Position numbers and translations under genes: made by a program. Below, piece after piece: positions 39,716 through 52,306 of a stretch of 64,000 bases of DNA; the first letter of the stretch is position 1, and each line of letters opens with the position of its first letter. The notes under the pieces are model-generated. The model was not told the DNA's origin. It searched no databases and saw only the letters and a list, made by a program, of their open reading frames with translations. The stretch comes from Harriotta raleighana (Eukaryota), in assembly GCA_050575255.1 (NCBI GenBank), contig JBNZDD010013714.1, positions 4,991,600 to 5,055,599 of the forward strand. The letters run 5' to 3'.

Positions 39716-40311
39716 CATCAAATTTGAACTCATATAATCCAGGCTGACATTGCAATACAGCAATGGGAGGGAAATGCTACATTGTTGAAATTGCTATCCT
39801 TTGAATGTACATTAAACTGAGGTCCCGTTTTCCTGTTCAAGTGAATGACAAGATTCAAAAGAGAAAGGGGTTTGTCCTGAATTATTGGCCAACGATCCCT
39901 CAGATAAAATTCGTCATTCACTTCCTAGCTGTTTGCAGGAAATTGCTGTATGCAAATTGACTGCTCTGGTCACCTACAAAATATACTTTACAGTACATCC
40001 TGTGAAGCATTAAGACATCCTCTGACATGTAAGGTGCTATATCAAAAAAAATACAGCTGCTCTAAACAATCTGAGAATAAAATCTATCAGCCAGATAAAT
40101 TGCAATCGCAACCCAATAAAGTCAGAAAAAATAGCATTGTCCAAAATATGCACCACTAATTGTATCGTTAAACAAAATAACATTTTCTAAGATTTTTATC
40201 AAATATAAAGAAACAGGCATAAAGTTGCTTTCAATGGGTTAGCAAGTAAAAATACGAAAACCCGTAGCACAGACTGATAATAATAATCCTTGCATTTGAT
40301 GTACAGAGGTT

Positions 40312-40455
40312 TTAGGTTTTGATTCTGTCTGTGCTGAGTTGACTGATCTCAGCTAGAGTCCAGTTAGGGTGCTGAAATTAGCTGCGGGCGAGGCAGGGGA
40401 AATGTCAGCCAGAATTTCTACTCTTGTTCTCTACCTGCTGGAAAGCGCACATTTT
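40312..40455 (+). mobile_element. AmnSINE2-like ancient SINE fragment
   Basis: GTCTGTGCTGAGTTGACTGATCTCAGC...AATGTCAGCCAG...CCTGCTGGAAAG; same family as 55672-56030. Confidence 0.55.
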
Positions 40456-40499
40456 TTGACAAGATACTAGAGAGCCATTGTTGTATTAATGCTGTACAG

Positions 40500-40620
40500 A
40501 ATTGGCTTCTGTGTTTGCCTCACAAAATAGACAGTACAATTCACTTTACAGTATATTCTTTGAAGCACTTTGAGAAGTATAAATGGCTTTATATCAAATG
40601 CAAGGATTATGATTATTATT
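40500..40620 (+). mobile_element. SINE family A 3' end
   Basis: CAATTCACTTTACAGTATATTC...TATATCAAATGCAAGGATTATGATTATT. Confidence 0.8.
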
Positions 40621-40668
40621 GTTAAGGCTCTAAGAAACAATGTAATGTAAGATCATTGGCAATAACAA

Positions 40669-40777
40669 AATAATAATAATCCTTGCATTTGCTATAGTGC
40701 TTTTCACATCTTATCAACGTCTCAAAGCACTTCACAGAATATACTGTAAAATGAATTGACTGTATATTTGTGGGTGA
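40669..40777 (-). mobile_element. SINE family A 3' end
   Basis: AATAATAATCCTTGCATTTG...GACTGTATATTTGTGGGTGA. Confidence 0.88.
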
Positions 40778-41184
40778 TTTCTTCTCACATTTTTTGCAAA
40801 AATATGTAATACCAAGTACTGCAATATTTTCCAACATATCAGTAGGAATGTACAGGAATAAAGAAAACCATTGCCATCTATCTGGCCAATAAGTAAATAT
40901 GAACATTAAATATCACCATCTCTCTCTCACCCCTCAATTGAATTATTCACCAAATAATTCCTTCTTGAATCTACTGACACAATCTGCCCTGACTTGTCTT
41001 GCACATAATCACTGTTAGGTGTAAAATAAATCAATCTGAACTCTCTGGGCACCTTCCCTCTTCTGAGCTTTGAGTTTCTCTCCCGTTGTTTAGATTTTTT
41101 AACAACTTTTGACATATGATTTGTGTATAGTTTATCTTGCTTTACTGTCTTGAAAAGTTCAATTAAATATTGACCAGGCTGCCT

Positions 41185-41408
41185 TCTTGCCTCTCCATCC
41201 AAAGGCTGTGTATTCAAGCTTCGTGCCTGGACTTTGAACTCAGTCTTGGCTGTCTCTCCAATCCAGTGCTGAAGATGGCAGAGGTGCCATCCGTCCGATG
41301 TGATGTTCTGGACAACAACCCACTGGATACAATTGGTCATTTGCTTCATGACTGTTGTGGGACATTTCTGTGTGCAACTGGCTGCACATTGGTTCACCTG
41401 CAAAAAGC
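41185..41408 (+). mobile_element. Old DeuSINE
   Basis: GGACTTTGAAC...CAGAGGTGCCATCCGTCCGATGTGATGTT...GACTGTTGTGGGACATTTCTGTGTGCAACTGGCTGC. Confidence 0.6.
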
Positions 41409-41429
41409 ATCAATGTTCTACTGTTCCAT

Positions 41430-41715
41430 AGCCTCACCATAATTGAGTTGCCTAATTCCAGCTATCTATCTAGTTGCTCTCTGCTGTATACCCCCCAATG
41501 TCAAGATGGCCTTATTGTACAATATTGACCAGAACTGTACACCATATTCCAGGTGGGAACAGCTCAGGGCTCTGTACAAGTTCAGCATCAGTTCTATTGA
41601 GGTAATTTGTCTATCAATCAGCCACCTCAAGATGCTATTTGCTTTATTTACTGACATCACACATTGTGCTGATGGGTTTATTGATCTCGTCAGTTGTACC
41701 CCCAACTCCTCCAAG
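41430..41715 (-). mobile_element. CR1 LINE ORF2 C-terminal fragment
   Basis: ORF 41466-41714: LGVQL...SAQC...VNKANSIL...LMLNLYRALSCSHLEYGVQFWS...IQQRATR. Confidence 0.88.
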
Positions 41716-42759
41716 GAGGAGGTTTATGTCACGTCATCAATTTGTCTGCTTGCAAACAAGACTCGAACGTAAACAGTTTGACCCAACGACATTCTCAGTG
41801 AGCAGGACATCATCCTAGAAACTACTGTGCAAGAGCATGCTCCTGCTGTTTTGACATCACCACTTCTGGAAGCAATCCGAGCTGTTCCAGACTATTTTGA
41901 AAATTATAAATCTGCCTGAAAGGACAAGAATAGACAGCACACTGCCTTTAAGGTTAGAATGCCAATACTTAAGTGTTCACCAACCTAAATGCTTCAATAT
42001 TAGCATTTGTCAGTGCAATTTTACAATATGTAAACATGTAATTTTCCATTCGTTTTTTTTTCTTCTAAGATCTCCATAATATTGTACGTATGTCAATCTT
42101 ATTTTATCCAAACATTTGATGGTATGTTCACATGAAACTATTTGCTCATAAGTTGTCCGTTCATAAAAACAAAATTAATGGGTACCAATCGTATCCCAGA
42201 ATGGGATAACCCACGGCCTTTCTGGCATTGAAGTGACATGACCCATCAACTCATATTCTGCTATTAAGAATAAGCCTTCGACGCATTCCAAGCCTTTGTT
42301 GAATGAACATGGGCCACAAATGCTGTTAAGGGGCAAAAAGAGTACAAGTTCACTTTGGATCACTGGGGTGCACTGCAGGCAGGAAGAAAAGTGTTTATTA
42401 AATGAAACAGCTTGCTGCAAAGAGGAATTTAATACTGCAGAAATTAATAGGAAAAATCTGTGCATGGAGCACACTATTAACTCTTGAATGACTAGCAGGT
42501 CCAAGGAAATCCTATTTCATGGGCTAATGGGTTTAGCTCATTTTCATTTATTGAACTCTGACACTATAACAGTAATAAAATCTCTGAAATGTCAAAAGCT
42601 ACCATAATACAATTTTAATGTTAGATTTCAAACATAGATACTTTGATTAAAAACAAGGTTGTAAGTATACAGTCTAAGAAGAACAAACTATGAGCAACAA
42701 TTGGAAACGCTAGGGCTCTTAATTTTGAGAGAGGACAACTTTATAAAAAGTAGAACATT

Positions 42760-42960
42760 TCAAATGGGATTGAAAAAAGTTTTTCTTTACCCAGAGGGTA
42801 ATTACTGATTGCCAAGATGGTAGTTGAGGCCAGGAATTGGACTCATTTGAAAAGCAGATTGATGGAGTCATGGGAGGATGACATGGGTGGTATTCGAGAG
42901 AAAGTGATGAGATCAGATGGGCTGAAGGGCCTTCTTCATCCAAACCAATCTTGTGATCTG
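42760..42960 (+). mobile_element. CR1 3' end
   Basis: TTCTTTACCCAGAGGGTAAT (FFTQRV), TCATTTGAAAAGCAGATTGAT, and the terminus GATGGGCTGAAGGGCCTTCTTC...TCTTGTGATCT. Confidence 0.7.
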
Positions 42961-43160
42961 CAATGCAATGAAGCCAGGCTTAAGAGTTGACTGGGAAGCT
43001 CTCAAACGCCTTCACCGTTAGGGAAAGAGAAACTTATTTTAAAATATTTTTTCAGCTCCCATTCTATTGTCCAATTATTATTAATTTCACTTCTTTTGAA
43101 ACCTATTGTTTATTTTCCTATTATGCATGTTAGATGCAGAGGAACCCTTACATCTAACCC

Positions 43161-43275
43161 ATAATAATAAACCTTGCATTTGATGTAGTGCTTGATCTCA
43201 ATATTGAGATGTCTTAAAGCGCTTCACGGAATATATTGTAAAATGGATTAACTGTGTACAGTATTTTGTGGGGGA
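43161..43275 (-). mobile_element. SINE family A 3' end
   Basis: ATAATAATAAACCTTGCATTTGATGTAGTGC...AAAGCGCTTCACGGAATATATTGTAAA. Confidence 0.75.
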
Positions 43276-46011
43276 GAAGATATACAAAAGAGAATGTCTC
43301 CACTCATGGCTATACAGAGAGAAAAAAAAAGTGTTGTGATCATCCTTATCCATTTGCTGGGGGAATTGAATGTCATAGTGAATTAGAACTTTCAATTCTG
43401 ACCAATGTTGGAATCGAGGTTGAACTGCCTGTTGTTTGCACTCACTCTCATTTTGCCTCTGTCTATCTGGCCAGGTTTTTTTTCCCAAAATTTCTATTGG
43501 GCTCAAGTCCACACCATAAAGCTGCTCACAATTCAACAAGTGTTGGTACTAAATTAGTATCTTATTCAAACAGACCACAGTACGGTTGGCAATGAGCTTG
43601 GCCAATAGAAAAGTGTGGCTGCAATTTTTCTGCAGAATCTGCTATAAACAGTACCCGCTGCTATAAACCCACACAAAAAAAGGACGTTTCAGACCTCCCG
43701 TTTTACCCAAAGTCACTGTGGGTGAGGTAGCTAGAAGCACTGCAGTGTGACAGACCTGCAAGAGATCAGGCACCATTCCCCTAACTCCCACACATCTAAT
43801 GTGTTATTTCTTCATTTTTAACTTTTAATCAACACAATGGAAAAATGTAGATTGGTAGCAAAATGAACCTCAATACAGTAACACTAATTAACTCGCTGCA
43901 AAATTTGCAAATTCCCAAGCAATTTGGCGAAATTGTTTCCACACATTTCTATTGTCCCAGGCAACAAGACGTGGACATTTCACACTGGTCCAGTGGGAGA
44001 GGAACGGGTGAGATCTTCTGAGAATGGAGTTTACACCCATTGTTCGGTACAGCAGAGTGAGCTTTACACAACATCCAAGTTGAGCTATAACATCTGATTG
44101 TAAGACCTGCTTCAAAAATCCCTATCTGTTCCATTTCCCTGCACTGACAACCCATACATTTATTATGCACCAAATAAATACGTCTCTTCCCCAGAATTGA
44201 CTAATTTATAAAGGTAATGTCGAACAAAATTATGTGTAATGTTTGAGTTTTTTTCAAGTGAAAAAAATGGAGTTCTCTCCATTTCTTTCACTCATAATTA
44301 TGTGTGTAATTATGATACTATCCAATTACTATTACCTCTACATGTCATCCAAAAGAATCATAACACTGAAACAAAATGTGTTTTAAATATGTTTTTCCTA
44401 ATAACCCTCAAATTTCAATATTTTGCTCTTGAAATAAATGAATGCGTCTCAGATATAGTTGGTTTTCTGCCAACTTTGGTTTCAGGCAAACTGTGAGCAC
44501 AGTGGTGACTGCTCCAACCCTTGAACGCCTCCTCAATATTAAGCCCAACCTTTCCTTGCAATCTTTCTTTGAATTTCCTGAGCAGTGCAATTTACAGCAA
44601 CGCAAATATAGCTTGCAATTATGTTGGCCTAAGGGCAGTCAATTTTAAAATACATTTTCCTGTAGTTTATTAAACAGCCCACAATTTCTCAGGTGTAAAT
44701 TTGATCTCTATGATTGTACTATTAAGAAATTAGAAAGTATTTAAAATAATGCATACTCTAGGCATTTCTGCTGCTGCTATCAATAAGTACCAGAGAGAGA
44801 AAAGGAGAGGGGGGCGGGGGGAGTGAAAGAGAAAAATGTTGGGCCTACACAAATAAGGAGCCATGTTCTGCTCGAAGGTCAGACCCTGCTAATGTCATTT
44901 TCTACTTTAGCAACAAGAATTAAATGCACATATGTTTTCAATGACCCAGCCAAAGCTTCTTTGTCATTCTTGTGAACTACCAAAGCAGGGTTCTCAAAGG
45001 TTTTGTGGTAAGGAATGTACATCCTTAATCACTGTTACTCCTTAAGTATGTTCAGACTGAGCCCTTGTTAAAAAACAGTCTTTACTTTATAAAGGAACAG
45101 CGGTCGTGCAGTTAGGTCCCAGCTTTAATGTGGCAACATGTACTTAAATGTTCAGAACTACTTTCCCCCCTATATTTTGCTCATTATCAGGCTTCTGTGG
45201 AAACAATGCAGACAATTCTCTGGTCGTCAATAAAGTTGCCAATGTCAGTGGGCAAATAATCAAATCTACACCTGAGAATTTGTAACAAGCCACAAAGCAA
45301 TGCAAGTGATAGCTTGTGCGTGTTAAAGGGGAGTGTGTTAATTCTAATTCCTCACACTAAAATGTTAGTTAACTGTTCAATACTTAGGCAGTCAGTGGAA
45401 TTTACACCATATATTTGTTATGTGTAACAACACACAACTCGGCTTTAAACAAATTTCATGATTAAATGTGTAATAAAGCAATTAGTGAGAATAAGCTTCT
45501 CGTAAACCACCAGAGATTTGGTTATCTTACTTTTGTAGCATTTTATTGGTATAATAAAGAAGGGTCAAGGTAACCTCAATAATCTTTCCTTTTACTACTG
45601 TACAAGCAATATCTCCATTTAAAAAACATTAGGCAAATAAATGTTCAGATGGATTACCTGGTTACTTTCATTAATACAGTGGGCCCAACTGCTAAAACCT
45701 TACTTATCATTAAGCCCCAATTAAAGCTTGGGTTTTCCCTGCCAAGGACTATGCACATGCAGAGAGAAGCTGAAAGAATTGCAATAATATCCACTATCGG
45801 GGGGATTCGCTAAACATCTTGTAAATAGTAAATATTCAGAAAGCCAAGATGCACCATTAATATTAAAAGATGGAAACGTGTGCAAAAATGTATTGTTCAC
45901 CCAGTTTTGCTTCCCTGCTCATTCACTTTTCATGCACTTTCCCAATGCTTCTGTTGCATGCATTGCACTCAAAAAAAATGAGGTTACATTGCAAACGCAA
46001 TCCTGGCTTAT

Positions 46012-46088
46012 ATTTCCAGATGCTGATTGATCATTTCCAGCATTTACTGTCTTTATTTCAGATCTTCAGCATCTGTGGTTTTTAATTT
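46012..46088 (-). mobile_element. Fragment of the Penelope-type repeat
   Basis: TTTCCAGCATTTACTGTCTTTATTTCAGATCTTCAGCATCTG is the reverse complement of a sequence like 24297-24336. Confidence 0.55.
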
Positions 46089-47132
46089 TAGCTCTGCGCA
46101 CATTACTGTACATGTTGTGTATAATTACTATCCTTCACTTGTTTATTTGAACTAAAGTTGCCACAACACTGGCAAACACTGTAATTGCAAAAGGAAATAA
46201 ATACATTTGGTACAACTCTCATTTTAGAGTTGCTTGTAATGTTCCAAACAGAGTAAAGTGGACTATTTTAAAATTGAGATCACAATTTTGGTGATAAGAA
46301 CCAAAATCAAATTATCTATTCCATTTCCATTACAGAAAGCATCATAAGCCTATACAAATATTGTATTTATAAATCTTTTTTCATAGATTAATGTCTGAAA
46401 AATAATAGAAACTGGATACACACACTTTTAAATTTCTGGGAGTACTTGATCCTCTTATCCATTGGTATTTTTTTTAAAAGACACCATTTAGCTTTTATTG
46501 CAATAGTGCTTCCTCACTAAGATCTGTGTATTAAAGTAACCAGAAATATAACAGCAGAGTAATAGTTTTAACATGAGTTTTTAAAAAAACTCATGCTGTT
46601 AATAAATAAGATAAGTTGTTATGTATGTATGCACAACACTGCCCCAATCATAGGCACTTTAGTACTCAAAGTCATTCACTCAGAAACAAAGAGTCAGTTT
46701 GCTGGAATAACTTGATGAGAGGAAAAATATATTTTACATTCATGAACCTGGGATTTAAATTTGTCAACAAGGGGAAATCAAATCGAATACAGTATTGTGG
46801 CTATAGCAATTGATCATAAAGCCGCATCCCACAAGTATTTAAAACACATTTTTCAAGGGGATTTTAGTGTCTGACACAGATTAAGCCTGGATGATGAAGA
46901 TCTGGCTTCCAGGAACCATTTTATCCTAGCTTTCGGATTCTCAGTGAAACCAATTTTACTACCACTCATTCTTTAATACAAGTAATGTATGGATCAATCC
47001 CTTCTCACTATCTTAAAAAAAAGTACACTGGCAGAGGACATTGAAAGGAAGATTGTTTGATACAAATACAGTTTTGCCCGAGGTAACATATAATGATTAG
47101 TTTAGAATACAACATTCTATGGCCTCATCAGA

Positions 47133-47531
47133 AAAGTTAAAAATTCTCATCCTTGTCTCTAAAGCCTTGCTTTACCCTACCTCTGTGACTATTAATATGG
47201 TTATTAACCTGTCCACTTCCTCCACTAAGCAGACTCTGGCCTGGTCCATGTCCCATACCCAGCCCGACGCATCATCGGTGGTCATCATCAGGTTCTCTTC
47301 CCCCACCCTTTGGAACTCCATCACACAGTCCCATTGCTTGGCTCACTCCCTTGCCTCCTTCAAGCCACTTCTCAAGACGCTCCTTTTCAACCATGCCTTC
47401 GGCCACCCACTACCCCTACTCTACCTGTACTCCACCCCTCCTGATCCCAACACCTTGCTCCAATCCACATCCCTGATTGTCCAGTGCCTTGGGACATGAA
47501 AAGCACTCTACAAATGTAATTTGTTGTTGTT
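47133..47531 (+). mobile_element. L2 LINE 3' fragment
   Basis: KILILVSKAL...FSSPTLWNSI...LASFKPLLKTLLFNHAF (L2 ORF2 end) plus a (TTG)n tail. Confidence 0.85.
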
Positions 47532-47559
47532 TTCTTTAAATTTAAATTATTGGTTAAAT

Positions 47560-47673
47560 AAAAACCATAATAAATTGGTAATTTTCAATCCACGACTCTT
47601 TTTGGGACACTGCTGTGCGCAATTGGCTTCCTCGTTTCGCCCACAAATATATAGTCAATTCACTTCACAGTAT
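47560..47673 (+). mobile_element. SINE family A internal fragment abutting a full copy
   Basis: Repeats the core of the neighbouring copy (about 47828-47936). Confidence 0.85.
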
Positions 47674-47676
47674 TGT

Positions 47677-48005
47677 GGAGCTCCTGTGGCTCAGTGGTAA
47701 GAGCACTCGCCTTACATGCCTTACAAACATGAGACCTGTGTTCGAATCCAGGCTGATCAGCGCGAAACCTTGGGCAAGTTTCCTTACTCCACACGCCTAA
47801 TAATAATCCCTCCAAAAAAAAACCCCACAATAATAAAATTGGTCATTTCAATCCACGACTGTTTGTGGGACACTGCTGTGCGCAATTGGCTGCCACGTTC
47901 CGCCCACAAATATACAGTCAATTCACTTTACAGTATATTCTGTGAAGCGTTTTGGCACGTTGATAAAATGTGAAAAGAGCTATATCAAATGCAAGGATTA
48001 TTATT
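47677..48005 (+). mobile_element. SINE family A, full length and young
   Basis: GGAGCTCCTGTGGCTCAGTGGTAAGAGC (A box), GTTCGAATCC (B box), core with CpGs retained, tail GGATTATTATTA. Confidence 0.93.
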
Positions 48006-50329
48006 AGATTTGGTCTACGAAGGTTACATAAACAACAGGTAAAAACACTCCTGTGTATTGAGAAAATATGGTGACCATTACTCAGCGGGCGTGCCATTGG
48101 GACTAAACTTTGCATTGTGGTCCAAGCTCGAGTGAGTCACAGAGACTAATGGGGAGTCTATGAAGTCATTTAAATTAGTCTCACAGTCAGTGGTCAACCA
48201 AAAGGACATGGGATTGTCAGCTATAATGGGGCATCGATTCATGGGTTGGGGGAAAACACTTAAAGCATAAGCGAGTGGATGTGTCACGCTGTTTGATGCC
48301 CGAGCGATTTGCCATATGACTTGTCTTGAAAATCACACACCCAAATATTGAATTAGGGTACAGAAATACAACTGAGTCTAGAAAGTATTATCATAATATA
48401 AACATTAGCAACATATAGCTGGTTGAAATAGTTAGGCTCCATATGACACACAGAGGGAAACCATAACATTCCTCACACAGTTTAAATACTGTAATACACT
48501 GTCCAACAGATGTGGCACTTTAAACCATACTCTGCTTTTTATTTAAGCTTTTAAGGAGAAGTGCAAAGGCGCACGCAATATAAGCATGTTTTAAAGTTAC
48601 GAAAGCTGTGTGTGGTTAAATTAAATTACATTGGGAAGATGGCATTTCATGGGGGCCTAGCAGTCAGAAATAAAATTGAAAACACAATTTAAGGGTTAAA
48701 GAAAAAGGTTTGGCTCAGCCAAAAATTAGAAGACACATTTGTCTGCTTGAATGGATAAACTAGCCAATTTTAGTATTCAATAAAACAATTGTGACAATTT
48801 AACATCATTCAATTAACTTGCACACATACACCATAGTCTTTTAAGCACAGAAATGATGCTCTACCTACACAACCTACCCATGTTTTTTAAGATCTCCCTG
48901 TCTAATTAGAAAAACGATTCTCCCCTCTTAGAAAATCATGTTAAGATCAACTTTTCTTTGGCAAAAAAATGGAACAGATCTTATCAGTTCTCGACCAAAA
49001 TTAAATTCTCCCTTGATGGAAGAGTGGAAATTAGGGAATTTGTCTAAATCTATCTTCCCAACTTTAAAGCAGTTTGAGCTTGGTCTACTTAGGTTACTGT
49101 TCAAACATGCGTGTGTGTAAAAAAAAACTCTGCCACCCAATGCAGATCACACGTTTAAAATTCTCCATTAACCCCACAAAGTCCATAAATAAGCTCTTAA
49201 CAAAAAAAATTGTTTGAACACCTCTGATTAATTTACCAGCTCCTTCCTCTCCCGCTGGTTTTCATTCTGTTTTATTTTGTTCCAATTGTTTTCAAACACA
49301 AGAAAAAGACTTTTTTTTAAGATCTTTTGAACAGAAGGATGTTGATTGTTTTGAAATCTCATTTTACTTTTTAAAAGAATAAATTCCACAGGCATGCCAC
49401 TATAAAGAATATTTTCTTTTTCAACCTCGGGTGTTTTGAATTTCCCAATCTGAGATGCAGAGTACAACCTCAGTCAGATGTTGTAGTATTCTAATCTTAC
49501 TTTTCGTTATTGAAACCTGAGAGTTTTAGCAGATAAGTCTCTGCATTCACTTAAACTGATGGGACTTCTGTATTACTTCAACACACAGGCTGTAAATGTT
49601 TTACTTTGATTTAAGGTACATGACAATAAATTAGGGGTATTTATCAAAGGCACTTTGTTGGAACAGTGAAAACCTGCCTAGCGCAGGGCACTTCTGCATA
49701 AATTACTGCATTATCCAAATACACTTAAGTTGGATCCTGTTGCTTTGATGTTGGCAATGTAGATTTATGTAATATGGAGTTTTTATTTATCCGCCCTGTT
49801 CACCTCAGTAAGAGCTCGACATTTCCATCAATTAGTTCCATACTTTAAAGATGACATGTACACATCACAGCTGAACTGTTATCAAGGGAAGAGCAAAGGT
49901 TTGAAGAAGCTTTTTTAAAAAAAAATGCATTTTGGACTTGAAAGTCAAAGCTTCTGTGCATTTTAAAGGTTATTAAAAGCGTTTGATCAAAAGCAAATGT
50001 TCCGATGTTTTGTATCCATATAAAGTTAATATCCTTTGGCAAATTCTTTGACTCATTTTAGCAAAATCATTTTTAACCCTCAGAAATTCCATCAGATTGT
50101 ATTTACATCAAAAGAGCATTCTCTCTTCAGGGACAGTCATGTGTCTTTTGTGACTCCCACTCTGACAGGGATTAGATTGTTTCTAAAACAAAACTTTGTA
50201 CAACATTTGGGGCAGTGGAATTAGGCGAAAACAGGAGCGGATATGTAGAAAATGCATATGAAATTTGAAAAATACCCCAAGAATCAAAGAAATTAATCAG
50301 AGCTGAATAACATAGAATTTAATAAAATA

Positions 50330-50610
50330 AATAACAATAATCCTTTCATTTGATATAACACTTTTCACATCTTTTAGATGTCTCAAAGCACTTCACTGAC
50401 TATACTGTAAAGTGAATTGCCTATGTTTGTGGGCAAAACGCGGCAGCCAATTGCAAACAGTCGTAGATTGAAATGACCAATATTATTGTTTTTTTGACAG
50501 ATTATTATTAGGAGTGTGGAGTAAGGAAACTTGACCAAAGTTTTGCCCTGATCTGCCTGGATTCGAAAACAGGTCTCACACTTGTAAGGTAAGTGCTCTT
50601 ACCAGGATTT
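50330..50610 (-). mobile_element. SINE family A, near full length
   Basis: Tail, core and GGATTCGAA (B box on the minus strand). Confidence 0.9.
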
Positions 50611-51356
50611 CACAAAGATAAATAGTGCATCCAGGAGAATCATTGTAGTACAGTACTTTCCCTCAGGAAACTGACCAAGTACAACATGGGACAAACAATG
50701 ATAGTCTCAAGGGTTAAAAGGCGAAATGACTTTTTCTTATCCCATGTTAGCTTGTGTCTTGTTGGCCTGAAGAATTTGAGATGAAAAATCAAAAATATCC
50801 GAGATCAATTCCTGTTGCAGTTAAGAACAAAGGGAAGTCTATCATCTTGCATAGTCTTCTTACAACAAGCATCTTCTACAATACATTTACTGTGCATTTA
50901 TTTCTAGGCAAAACTATAGGCAGGATCTTCCTTTTTTCATAAAAAGTTGGTATTGCATTACCCACAACATACACATTACTGTATTTTCCTGTTATTTGTT
51001 GATACATTTTGTCACATATCCATTGTACATCACAGCTCGTGGCTTCCTCACAAATGTAGGCCTCAACCGTACAGAACGGTAATTTTAGTTTTCATATAAA
51101 TGTGCTTAATGTACAATATTCCAAAAGCTAATGTCTACTAGTCATTGGATGCATCTCAGATACAGATCAGATTGGGGCTTGCATGCTGAGCTCTCCAGAA
51201 TCATCTGAATAGGCCTGTGTAAAATTAAATCTCCCAGTCAGTTACTCTATTAAAATACTGATTAAAAAATACTTTTTAAGCATCACTGAATGCTTCATGT
51301 ATAGGCTACTTCTGAATTAATCCAACTTTAACCTGCACTAACTACAAAAATAACGA

Positions 51357-51650
51357 TTATAATCCTGCCACTTGATAAAGCGCTTTTCACATCTTCCAGG
51401 CGGCTTAAAGTGCTTTACAGAATGTACTGTAAAGTGAATTGACTGTATATATGTGGGCAAAACGCGGCAGCCAAATTGCGCACAGCAGTGTCTCATAAAC
51501 AGTCATGGATTAAAATGACCAATTTTTTTGATGGATTATTACTAGGCATGTGGAGTAGGGAAACTTGTCCAAGGTTTTGCCCTGCCAGGAATTGAACCCA
51601 GGTCTTTTGCTTTTAAGGCAAGTGCTCTAACCACTGAGCTACAGGACTCC
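51357..51650 (-). mobile_element. SINE family A, full length
   Basis: Minus-strand head GGAGTCCTGTAGCTCAGTGGTTAGAGCAC, B box GGGTTCAATTCC, core and tail. Confidence 0.9.
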
Positions 51651-51660
51651 AATACTATTA

Positions 51661-51950
51661 CAGTAAAACCCTGTTTATCCGGCACCGGCGGGGAGGGGTC
51701 GACTAATTGACCGTGCCGGATAAACGAGCGGCAAGTTGACGAAAACCCAACATAAAAAATTAACTGATTTTAAAATATACCATGTTAATAATAGACTAAA
51801 TAGTAACAGAATGTTGTATGGATACTTACCAATAAAGCATTCCAGCATGCGCAAAGTGAGCAAACTCGTGATTGCTGAAATGGGGAATTGCCCCAGGAGG
51901 GGGTAGAGCAATCCGGTTAATCGGGTCATGGATAAATGGGGTTTTTACTG
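51661..51950. mobile_element. Tigger/pogo (Tc1-mariner) type MITE
   Basis: TA|CAGTAAAACCCTGTTTATCC at the left and GGATAAATGGGGTTTTTACTG|TA at the right: terminal inverted repeats starting CAGT with a TA target-site duplication; 290 bp, non-coding. Confidence 0.85.
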
Positions 51951-52235
51951 TATTCGGGTATAAATCAAAGAAACTAATTCCTGGAAAAAAAAGAATAAGC
52001 ACGTCCCAAGATCACAAGAGAGGTTTGGATGGAAAAAATTTGATCCCATCCTTCATTAATACCCACCGTTATCTTCTGCTGCTGATCATATCTGAAAGTA
52101 TTGTTCTGGGTTTATTTTCTTAATCCCAATTAACATTATACAAATCTATAATAAGGTTCTCCCTGAGAAATCTCTATTCAACACTGGCTTGCATAACTGT
52201 CATTGATGGCCCATTTATTGCTCAGGTCAGAAACA

Positions 52236-52306
52236 CTGAGTGTCCAGCACGTTGGGACATCCTCCTGACTTGAAAGGCGCTATACAAATGTAATTTTGTT
52301 GTTGTC
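52236..52306 (+). mobile_element. L2 LINE 3' tail
   Basis: TTGGGACATCCTCCTGACTTGAAAGGCGCTATACAAATGTAATTTTGTTGTTG. Confidence 0.8.

Larger units (their letters stand above)
38899..40047 (+). mobile_element. SacSINE1-like DeuSINE split by an L2 insertion (head about 38899-38940, body about 39725-40047)
   Basis: Head GTCAGCTTGGCTCAGTTGGTAGCACT; body AATCCAGGCTGACA...TTAAACTGAGGTCCCG...GCTGTTTGCAGGAAATTGCTGTATGCAAATTGACTGC...AAGGTGCTATAT. Confidence 0.7.

Noticed and set aside
40927-41772. The longest ORF in the track (158 aa) and overlapping ORFs
   Set aside because: They run through an old DeuSINE and a CR1 fragment and show no host-gene similarity.
46572-46595. Short palindromes (CATGAGTTTTT/AAAAACTCATG here; CCATTGAAAA/TTTTCAATGG near 60332)
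   Set aside because: Short and A/T-run driven. Expected by chance and too small for miRNA hairpins.
47677-47752. tRNA-like sequences with A and B boxes (also at about 12480-12557, 30900-30971, 51580-51650 and 61443-61507)
   Set aside because: These are SINE heads followed by SINE body, with no complete cloverleaf. Not tRNA genes.
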